Shown one piece after another: positions 38,518-45,807 of a stretch of 64,000 nt of DNA (positions are counted from its first letter, which is position 1; each line of letters begins with the position of its first letter). The notes under the pieces are model-generated. The model was not told where the DNA came from and searched no databases. It saw nothing but the letters and a program-made list of their open reading frames with translations. The translations under genes and the position numbers were made by a program. This stretch comes from an uncultured Dehalococcoidia bacterium (lineage in GTDB: Bacteria > Chloroflexota > Dehalococcoidia > Lucifugimonadales > UBA3495): NCBI GenBank assembly GCA_964463525.1, contig CAYXDE010000003.1:18407-82406 (forward strand), in the 5' to 3' direction.

Positions 38518-40128
38518 ATGGTTAAGATGACCGGCGGCCAGGCTTTGGCCAAGTCCCTCTACCGCGAGGGTGTCCGGGTGATATTCGGACTGCCCGGAGT
38601 CCAGCTCTACCACATGATGGACGGCCTTTACGATGAGCCGGGCATCCGGTTCATAACTGTCCGTCACGAGCAGGCCACGGCTTACATGGCCGACGGCTAC
38701 GCCCGGGCCAGCGGAGAGGTTGGCACTGCCCTGACGGTGCCTGGACCTGGTCTTCTAAACGCTGCATCGGCATTGTCTACCGCCTACTCAGCATCCTCGC
38801 CGGTGTTGATGGTCACGGGCCAGATCGAGAGGGATGAGATCGGCGGCGACCGCGGCATGCTCCATGAGGTCAACGACCAACTTGACGCCATCGGGCCCGT
38901 GACCAAATGGGCAAAGCGAATCATGGACCCGGCTGAAGTGCCCGACGTAGTGCACGAGGCATTTCACAACCTCAAGAATGGCCGTCCCCGCCCCGTAGAG
39001 ATCGAGATTCCGCCGGAGACGCTTGCCGAGGTCGGCGAGGTTGAGCTATTGGAGCCGGAAGCCCCTCGACGCGTGGCTGCCAGCAAAGAACAGGTAGAGG
39101 CGGCGGCCGCAGCTCTGGCCGGAGCGGCGAAACCCCTGATCTGGGCTGGAGGCGGCGTGATCTCCTCCGAGGGCTCGGACGCGCTGACGAAACTGGCCGA
39201 ACACCTGCAAGCGCCGGTGGTGATGACCGCCGAGGGCAAGGGCGCCATCTCCGACCATCACCCCCTGAGCCTGGGAGCGCTTTGGCTGCGGAACGACACC
39301 ATCGCCAGGAAGGAATTCGGCCATGACGTTATCCTGGCCGTGGGCACCAGATTGGTCACGTCCCAGTGGCTGGACGGGCAACAGGTCATCCAGATCGACG
39401 TTGATCCCGAAGAGATCGGCCGCCATTACGAGAACACCATGCGAGTGGAAGGCGATGCCAAACTCACCATGCAGGACCTGCTAACCGCCCTGGCCGCCAA
39501 GGCCCCAGCCAAGGAAGACCGGACGGCGGAGGTAGCCGCTCAGAAGGCCCAGCGGTCTGACGACATCATCAAGGTCGAGCCCCAGGGCGAACTGCTGGAG
39601 GCGGTCCGGAGGGCCATGCCCGAAGACGGAATCGTAATCTCAGGCATGACTCAGTTGGGCTACTATAGCCGGGCCCACTACCCGGTCTACGAGCCGCGCA
39701 CGTTCATCACCTCTTCCTACTCAGGAAACCTGGGCTATGCCTACCCCACCGCTCTGGGCGCCAAAGTCGCCCAGCCGGACAAGGCCGTGGTCTGCTTGTC
39801 GGGAGACGGCGGCTTCATGTTCAACTCCCAGGAGATGTCCACCGCCGTGGCGCACGACATCAACGTGGTTGTGGTGGTGTTTAACGACAACGCCTACGGC
39901 AACGTGAAACGCGACCAGATGAACCAGTTCAGCGGCCGGACCATCGGCGTGGAACTGCAAAACCCCGACTTCGTGAAGCTGGCCGAGGCCTACGGCGCCA
40001 GGGGCTTCGTTGCCAACGGTCCGGCCGAGCTTGAGTCCACTCTAAAGGAGGCGTTGGCCATGGACGCCCCGGTGCTGATCGAAGTGCCTGTCGGCCCCAT
40101 GCCCTCGCCGTTCTTCCGGCCGTCGTAG
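38518..40128 (+). CDS. thiamine-diphosphate-binding enzyme (acetolactate synthase large-subunit-like)
   Basis: 536 aa. N-terminal Pyr domain (GVRVIFGLPGVQLYHMMDGL...RHEQATAYMADGYAR). C-terminal ThDP motif GDGGFMFNSQE...FNDNAYGN. Confidence 0.85.
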   Translation: MVKMTGGQALAKSLYREGVRVIFGLPGVQLYHMMDGLYDEPGIRFITVRHEQATAYMADGYARASGEVGTALTVPGPGLLNAASALSTAYSASSPVLMVTGQIERDEIGGDRGMLHEVNDQLDAIGPVTKWAKRIMDPAEVPDVVHEAFHNLKNGRPRPVEIEIPPETLAEVGEVELLEPEAPRRVAASKEQVEAAAAALAGAAKPLIWAGGGVISSEGSDALTKLAEHLQAPVVMTAEGKGAISDHHPLSLGALWLRNDTIARKEFGHDVILAVGTRLVTSQWLDGQQVIQIDVDPEEIGRHYENTMRVEGDAKLTMQDLLTALAAKAPAKEDRTAEVAAQKAQRSDDIIKVEPQGELLEAVRRAMPEDGIVISGMTQLGYYSRAHYPVYEPRTFITSSYSGNLGYAYPTALGAKVAQPDKAVVCLSGDGGFMFNSQEMSTAVAHDINVVVVVFNDNAYGNVKRDQMNQFSGRTIGVELQNPDFVKLAEAYGARGFVANGPAELESTLKEALAMDAPVLIEVPVGPMPSPFFRPS

Positions 40129-40147
40129 GGCGCGCTATAAGTCGTCT

Positions 40148-40178
40148 GGGCCTGCTTGACATGAAAATCGGCAGGCCC
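40148..40178 (+). terminator. stem-loop between the ThDP enzyme and the UGSC gene
   Basis: 8-bp stem GGGCCTGC/GCAGGCCC around a 15-nt loop that contains TTGACA. No clear T-run, so its function (terminator or promoter-embedded) is unclear. Confidence 0.35.
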
Positions 40179-40228
40179 TAGCCTTCAGGTTATATCCTAG
40201 ACTTGGTCCGGCCGGAACAAGGTGAATC

Positions 40229-40777
40229 ATGACCACCACCGAATCAGCGAAATTGATAGTCCTAGACCCTACCGCCGCTCCCAGGGAGATGGTCCAGGCC
40301 ATGGCCCCGGTGTTGGGCGGCCTGGGCGGGCAGTCTGTGGGTTTCTTATGGAACAGCAAGCCCAACGGCGACCTGCTCTTCGAGCGCCTTGAGAAACTGC
40401 TTAGAGAGAAATACGAGATCTCGGACGTGGTCTATAAGCGCAAGCCCACAGCCTCCATCCCGGCCAAGGATGAGGTTATCGACGAACTGGCTGGCTCTGT
40501 TCAGGCGGTGATCGTAGGGCTGGCGGATTGAGGGTCCTGCACGTCGTGGAGTATCCACGATGCAGTAGAACTGGAGAAGCGGGGCGTCCGCACCGTGGTG
40601 GTAGGCACCGACCGCTTCAAGCGTCTGGGCGACGTTGAGCGGAAGTCCCTGGGCATGCCTGAGCTGACCATGGCCATCGCGGAGCATCCCTTGGGCGGGC
40701 TGCAGGCCGAGAGATTGCTGGCCAAGGCCGACGGTCTGTTGGAGCAAGTGGTCGAGGGGCTGACCGGCCGCCGTTAG
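40229..40777 (+). CDS. UGSC-motif protein with in-frame TGA at 40529-40531 (putative selenocysteine, residue 101 of 182)
   Basis: Track ORFs 40229..40531 and 40595..40777 share one frame with no other stop between them. Read-through gives ...VIVGLAD-U-GSC-TSWSIHDAVELEKRGVRTVVVGTDRF...IAEHPLGG..., a UxxC redox motif. A strong hairpin starts 5 nt after the TGA. Confidence 0.75.
40537..40565 (+). promoter_or_regulatory. putative bacterial SECIS element for the UGSC gene
   Basis: Outer stem CUGCA/UGCAG (40537-41 / 40561-65), a CG bulge, inner stem UCGUGGA/UCCACGA (40544-50 / 40554-60), and apical GUA. 12 bp in total. Confidence 0.65.
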
Positions 40778-40802
40778 GCGGGTCCCCATAGGCGAGAACT
40801 TT

Positions 40803-40829
40803 AAGGGCGGCCCATGACGGGCCGCCCTT
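40803..40829 (+). terminator. perfect 11-bp GC-rich stem-loop after the UGSC gene
   Basis: AAGGGCGGCCC-ATGAC-GGGCCGCCCTT followed by CTCATT (weak T-run). Partial terminator or mRNA stabiliser. Confidence 0.55.
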
Positions 40830-40848
40830 CTCATTAGGGAGGAATCAT

Positions 40849-41880
40849 TTGGCTGACCTGATCTCAGACCGGCTGGAAGTAGACGACGATTTCGAGGCGG
40901 TACAGGAGCTCTATCTGGAACGGGGCTGGACCGACGGTCTGCCCATCGTGCCGCCCACCACTGAGCGGGTGGAGGCGATGCTGGCGGCCACTCCCCTTAG
41001 CCCGCAAGACATCATCGGCGAGATACCGCCCAATTGGGGCTCGGCCACCGTCGAGAAGCTGGCCGTAAACGCGGTCATGGCCGGGTGTAAACCGGAGTAC
41101 CTGCCTGTCGTGATCGCGGCCGTTGAGGCCATGTGCGACGACGTCTTCAACCTGTACGCCATCCAGGCCACCACTCACCCGTGCGCACCGTTGATAATCG
41201 TCAACGGCCCCATCTGCGATGAGCTGGGTCTGCACGGAGGTTCGGGCGCATACGGCCCAGGCTGGCAGCCCAACGCCACCATCGGGCGCGCGGTGAGGCT
41301 GGTGCAGCTGAACGTTGGCGGCGCCCATCCAGGAGTGGGAGACATGTCTACACAGGGCGCGCCGTCCAAGTACACCTACTGCGTGGCCGAGAACGAGGAA
41401 GCCAACCCGTGGGAAGCCCTGCACATCGAACGCGGCTTCACGCCCGACCAGAGCACGGTAACCGTGCTGGCAGGCGAGCCGCCCCACAACATCAACGACC
41501 ACTCCGGGAGCAGCGCGGAAGACATCCTGACCATCATCGCCGGGGCCATCTCCATAACCGGCGCCAACAACGCCTACACCGGCGGGGAGACCCTGTTGGC
41601 CTTGGGGCCCGAGCATGCGGCGACCATCGCGGGAGATGGGTTCGGCAAGAAGGAGATCAGGGAATGGCTGCACCAGAACGCCCGCATCCCCTTGGAGCGC
41701 TACACCCACGAGACCATGCTGGAGCGTTTCCAAAAGATTCCCGACGGCCCCGTGCCCATGGTGGTGGACCCGGACCTGCTCATGATCATCGTCCTGGGCG
41801 GCCCCGGCAAGCACTCATCCTGGGTGCCCACCTTTGGCGGTTCAACCCACTCGGCGACGCGGGAGATACGGAGGGTGTAG
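40849..41880 (+). CDS. conserved-looking hypothetical protein, Cys-rich, function unknown
   Basis: TTG start 6 nt after GGGAGG. 343 aa with protein-like composition, including GWTDGLPIVPPT, NAVMAGCKPEY and IQATTHPCAP. I cannot assign a family. Confidence 0.7.
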   Translation: MADLISDRLEVDDDFEAVQELYLERGWTDGLPIVPPTTERVEAMLAATPLSPQDIIGEIPPNWGSATVEKLAVNAVMAGCKPEYLPVVIAAVEAMCDDVFNLYAIQATTHPCAPLIIVNGPICDELGLHGGSGAYGPGWQPNATIGRAVRLVQLNVGGAHPGVGDMSTQGAPSKYTYCVAENEEANPWEALHIERGFTPDQSTVTVLAGEPPHNINDHSGSSAEDILTIIAGAISITGANNAYTGGETLLALGPEHAATIAGDGFGKKEIREWLHQNARIPLERYTHETMLERFQKIPDGPVPMVVDPDLLMIIVLGGPGKHSSWVPTFGGSTHSATREIRRV

Positions 41881-42039
41881 CCCTCTACCCGTCATTCCGG
41901 CGGAAGCCGGAATCCACTGCGCCAAGATGGACATTGAACTCCGCTCATCCTGAGCTTGTCGAAGGGTCGTTGTCAGTGGTTCTTGAAGTAGAAACATGAA
42001 CTCCCAAAACCAATGGTTCGACAGGCTCACCATGAGCGG
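41881..42039. repeat. mosaic REP/MITE-like repeat cluster (A unit, B unit, inverted B unit)
   Basis: Starts at the first base after the stop codon. A unit CGTCATTCCGGCGGAAGCCGGAATCCAC at 41890-41917. B unit CCGCTCATCCTGAGCTTGTCGAAGGG at 41941-41966. Inverted B unit GGTTCGACAGGCTCACCATGAGCGG at 42015-42039. Confidence 0.85.
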
Positions 42040-42202
42040 CCTCGAAGCAGCCGTAATCAGTAATTTATCCGGACCGACAGCGGAAAGACGAAGAGAAGTA
42101 ATATCTTCGAGCCAGAAATATCAGATAATCACCGTTGATTGACGCAAAAATTTCAAACCCCTAAACTTTTCCGCAATAAGTCGCCATCGATGGAGGGCAA
42201 TC

Positions 42203-42763
42203 ATGTCCAATAAAGGTTTCTCTCACATAGGACTTTCCACCCTTGATCTGGACAAGACGCGTGAATTCTACGAGGGCACCCTGGGTTTCAAAGTGGTGCG
42301 CTGCGACATCATCAAGATCAAAGAGGGCGGTACGATCCGCCACATGTTCATAGAGGTCGGCCGGGACCAGCTGATCGCGTTCATGGAACCCAATAACGTC
42401 GATGCCATCCCCACGAACTATGACGCTGGAATCAACGAAGGATTGGGAGTGCCAGGGCCTTTCTATCACTTCGCCTTCGAGGCCGGCTCAGTGCCTGCGC
42501 TGGAAGCCAAGCGGTTGGAGTTGATCGAGAAGGGGCTGACGGTCACCGACGTTGTTGACCACGAATGGGCCAAGTCCATCTACCTGAAGGACCCCAATGG
42601 CATCTCCCTGGAGTTCTGCTGCCTCACCCGCGACGTTGGCAACGAAGACGACGTCACCATGCAGGAGCGGGCCGAAGTCTCCATCGAGAAATGGCTGGGC
42701 GACAACTACATCAACGCCAGGATCAGTTCGAGGGTCGAAGAGCCAGCCCTCGCTGACGACTAG
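42203..42763 (+). CDS. VOC-family protein (glyoxalase-like)
   Basis: 186 aa. FSHIGLSTLDLDKTREFYEGTLGF and HFAFEA...YLKDPNGISLEF. Confidence 0.8.
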   Translation: MSNKGFSHIGLSTLDLDKTREFYEGTLGFKVVRCDIIKIKEGGTIRHMFIEVGRDQLIAFMEPNNVDAIPTNYDAGINEGLGVPGPFYHFAFEAGSVPALEAKRLELIEKGLTVTDVVDHEWAKSIYLKDPNGISLEFCCLTRDVGNEDDVTMQERAEVSIEKWLGDNYINARISSRVEEPALADD

Positions 42764-42788
42764 CCAGCTCCGCAATTGATGGAATATC

Positions 42789-42819
42789 AGCCCTCGCCAC
42801 CAGGCGGGGGCTTTTTGTT
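42789..42819 (+). terminator. intrinsic terminator
   Basis: Stem AGCCCTCGCC/GGCGGGGGCT (one G-U pair) with loop ACCA, followed by TTTTTGTT. Confidence 0.7.
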
Positions 42820-42849
42820 ACCAGGCTCGGAAACAGTGAAGGAGCATCG

Positions 42850-43878
42850 ATGGACGGGAATTTCCTCGGCACGACGGTGGTCGGCAGCTATCCCCAGCCC
42901 GATTGGTTGATCGACAGGGAGGCCCTGTCCCATGTTGTGCCCAGAGTGCGGCAAACCGGACTCTGGCGGGTCGCCGACGAGTTCTTGGAAGCGGCACAAG
43001 ACGACGCCACCCTCCTGGCCATCGCCGAGATGGAGCGGGCAGGCGTGGAATTGATCACCGACGGCGAGATCAGGCGTGAGAGCTACTCCAACCGGTTCGC
43101 CACCGCACTGGACGGCGTGGATATCGAGAACCCGGGACAGGTGCTCGGCAGGAGCGGCCAACCGACCGTTGTCCCCAGAGTGGTTGGCCCGATCAAACGC
43201 AACAGACCGGTGCAGGTGCGGGACGTGGAGTTCCTGCGGGCAAATACGGACCGCCGCATCAAGGTGACGGTCCCCGGCCCCTTCACCATGGCACAACAGG
43301 TGCAGAATGAGCACTACCCTGACCGGGAGTCGCTGGCCATGGATTATGCGGTGGCTGTGAACGAAGAAGTTATGGCCCTATTCCAGGCTGGAGCGGACGT
43401 TGTCCAGTTGGACGAGCCGTGGCTCCAGGCCCACGCCGGAGATGCCAAGGAATTTGGCGTCCAAGCGATAAACAAGGCCCTGGAAGGCGTTACCGGCGTC
43501 ACCGGCCTGCACCTATGCTTCGGCTACGCGGCCGTGGTCAAGAATAAGGCGTCCCAGTACGATTTCTTGACCGAGCTTGAGGATTCGGTGGTCGATTTGG
43601 TCTCCATCGAGACGGCTCAGCCGAACCTCGATCTCTCCGTGCTGGCCAAGCTACCCAGCAAGACCATGGTTGTTGGCGTGCTGGACCTGGAAAACCCCTC
43701 CGTAGAGACGCCCGAAGCCGTGGCCGCCAGGGTCAGAGAGGCGCTGAAGTACCTGCCACCGGAGCAACTGATGCTGGCCCCGGACTGCGGCATGAAATAC
43801 CTGCCTCGAGGAACTGCGTTCGGCAAATTGCAGGCGATGGTGCAAGGGGTGGAGCTGGTCCGCGAGTCACTGCGGTAA
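42850..43878 (+). CDS. cobalamin-independent methionine synthase (MetE C-terminal) family methyltransferase
   Basis: 342 aa. N-terminus TTVVGSYPQPDWL, LDEPW, and zinc-ligand regions HLCFGY and APDCGMKYLP. Confidence 0.8.
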   Translation: MDGNFLGTTVVGSYPQPDWLIDREALSHVVPRVRQTGLWRVADEFLEAAQDDATLLAIAEMERAGVELITDGEIRRESYSNRFATALDGVDIENPGQVLGRSGQPTVVPRVVGPIKRNRPVQVRDVEFLRANTDRRIKVTVPGPFTMAQQVQNEHYPDRESLAMDYAVAVNEEVMALFQAGADVVQLDEPWLQAHAGDAKEFGVQAINKALEGVTGVTGLHLCFGYAAVVKNKASQYDFLTELEDSVVDLVSIETAQPNLDLSVLAKLPSKTMVVGVLDLENPSVETPEAVAARVREALKYLPPEQLMLAPDCGMKYLPRGTAFGKLQAMVQGVELVRESLR

Positions 43879-44314
43879 CCCTCACCGTCATACCGGCGAG
43901 AGCCGGGATCCACTGGATTGCCAAATTGACTTAGGCACATACTTCGACAAGCTCAGGACGAACGGTGGGCGGGTAATGATCAGCCGGTCCACCGTCATTC
44001 CGGCGAAAGCCGGGATCCAGGAATGCTTTGGGGGCTGTCAATCTCTCGGGCTGTGAGGCGCTGATCCCGCTCATGGTGAGCTTGTCGAACCACCACCTGA
44101 TTCAAGAAGTTACTCCAGAATCACCATGGCTTGTGCTGCCCTTCGACAGGCTCAGGACTAGCGGTTGGGGGTGCGTTGCATCTTGTCCTCGTCATTCCGG
44201 CTCAAGCCGTAATCCACTGCGACAAGATTATCCAGCGGCCATTGATCGATTTGCCCACAACTGCAGCCTTCACCCTAACCCTCTCTCCTTCCGCGGAAGG
44301 ACGTGGGAGAGGGG
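43879..44314. repeat. large mosaic REP/MITE-like repeat cluster (3 A units, 3 B-type units, 1 palindromic C unit)
   Basis: Starts immediately after the stop codon. A units at 43886-43913, 43993-44020 and 44190-44217. B-type units at 43942-43965, 44067-44093 and 44139-44164. C unit at 44271-44314, containing the 16-nt palindrome TCCTTCCGCGGAAGGA. Confidence 0.85.
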
Positions 44315-44427
44315 ATTCTGCGTCCTTCTGGTGACGGCAGGCGAATATTGGGGCCGCAGCTTGGTCAAATATCCCCTCATGGTGATAATGTAGGGACGTA
44401 GACTCCAGGCATGAACCGGAGAGAGTT

Positions 44428-45696
44428 TTGAAAGTCCTGCTTATCGCAACCAACCGCCACGGGCGATACATGTCCAACTATCAGGCTCAACCCCTTCCCT
44501 TGGGCTTGGCCTACATCGCCGGGTACCTAGACCCTGCGCGGCACCCCACAAAGATGCTTGACCTGATGTTCGCCGACGACTACTTGAGCGAAGTGGAAAG
44601 AGCCGTGAAAGAGTTTCAACCCGGCCTAGTGGGCCTGTCTATGCGGAACCTGGACAACGGCAGTAATCTGAACCCGGAGTCGGTGCTGCCGATCACCAAA
44701 GAGGTCATCGACCGGGTCAGGTCGATCAGCGGCGCAACCATCGCCTGCGGAGGCCCCGCTTTTAGTGTTCTCCCGGAGGTGTGCTTCGATCTCGTCGGCC
44801 CTGATGTCGGGATCACGGGCAGCGGCGGTGATTCTTTCGCCGACCTGGCTGACCGTCTTGAACGGGGGGAATCGTATGAAGGTCTGCCGGGAGTGGTCTA
44901 CCGTGTGAATGGCAAGGTAACTGCGACTGAACAGCAGCCGACGTCCGGAGTTATGAAACCGCCCCGGCTGGAAGAACTGGAACTGGACAGATACGCCGAG
45001 GCTGGATTCGGGGTCGGTGTCATCACCAAATGGTTCGGCAACCAGTCCGGAAGTGACCCGCACCGGGAAAACCTGCGCCCGATACAAGATGTGGTCGACG
45101 AAGTTAACGACATGAAGCAGCGGTTGGGGCTGGGCAAGTTCTTCTTCATCGCCACCGGTTTCAACCTGCCTCTAGATCACGGCAAAGCTTTCTGCCGCGC
45201 TCTGATCGAGTCTGATCTGAAGATCGAATGGAACACCGGACTGGCGCCCCAGGGCTGCGACCTGGAGTTGATCGGTCTGATGAAGGAAGCGGGGTGCGGC
45301 CTGGTGATAATCGGCGACCTGGTCGTAGATGCCCATGACCCGGAGGACTTGGCTGCGCGGCTGGACCAGATGCAGCAAGTCTGCCTTTTGTGCGAGGAAG
45401 GCGGCCTCCCCTACACCGTCGGCCAGACTTTCGGCGCACCCGGAGAGACCAGGGAAACCGTGGAGCAGAAGCTGGCCTTCCTCCGGGGCATCGAGCCCGC
45501 GGCGGCCAACCTCAGGGTGGGGATACGGATGCTGCCCGGCTCTAAATCAGCGGAGCAAGCCAGGTCGGAAGGCCAGGTCTTCTCCGACGGAGACCTGTTG
45601 CAGCCGGCATTTTATGTCGCGGAGTCGGTCAAGGACTGGATCGTTGATCACCTGCAGACCGAGGCAGGCCATCATCCAGCGTGGAACGTGGACTGA
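44428..45696 (+). CDS. B12-binding-domain / radical-SAM-like protein lacking the CxxxCxxC cluster motif
   Basis: TTG start after GGAGAGAG. The N-terminal class-B rSAM-type B12 domain is present (KVLLIATN...PLGLAYIAGYL...GLSMR...ACGGPAFS). KWFGNQSGSD stands where R/K-G-C-x3-C-x2-C is expected. Confidence 0.7.
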   Translation: MKVLLIATNRHGRYMSNYQAQPLPLGLAYIAGYLDPARHPTKMLDLMFADDYLSEVERAVKEFQPGLVGLSMRNLDNGSNLNPESVLPITKEVIDRVRSISGATIACGGPAFSVLPEVCFDLVGPDVGITGSGGDSFADLADRLERGESYEGLPGVVYRVNGKVTATEQQPTSGVMKPPRLEELELDRYAEAGFGVGVITKWFGNQSGSDPHRENLRPIQDVVDEVNDMKQRLGLGKFFFIATGFNLPLDHGKAFCRALIESDLKIEWNTGLAPQGCDLELIGLMKEAGCGLVIIGDLVVDAHDPEDLAARLDQMQQVCLLCEEGGLPYTVGQTFGAPGETRETVEQKLAFLRGIEPAAANLRVGIRMLPGSKSAEQARSEGQVFSDGDLLQPAFYVAESVKDWIVDHLQTEAGHHPAWNVD

Positions 45697-45807
45697 CGTC
45701 CCATGTCGGTAGGCCGCATCCCCGGTCGATTTGATGGCGGACGCATCCGACGGAACTCTCGGTTTTCTCACCCCGGACAACTCGGTGGGGCGACCTTGAT
45801 TCGAGGC

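Noticed and set aside
43879-44314. A CRISPR array.
   Set aside because: The repeats belong to at least three different unit types, occur in both orientations and have irregular spacing. There are no uniform spacers and no cas genes in the window.
41842-44477. ORFs lying on the repeat clusters (41842..42033, 43733..43924, 44028..44393, 44131..44334, 44202..44477).
   Set aside because: They are translations of the interspersed repeat units (SLSNH, FDRLRTSG and VIPAQA-type peptides). They have no SD and no domain-like sequence.
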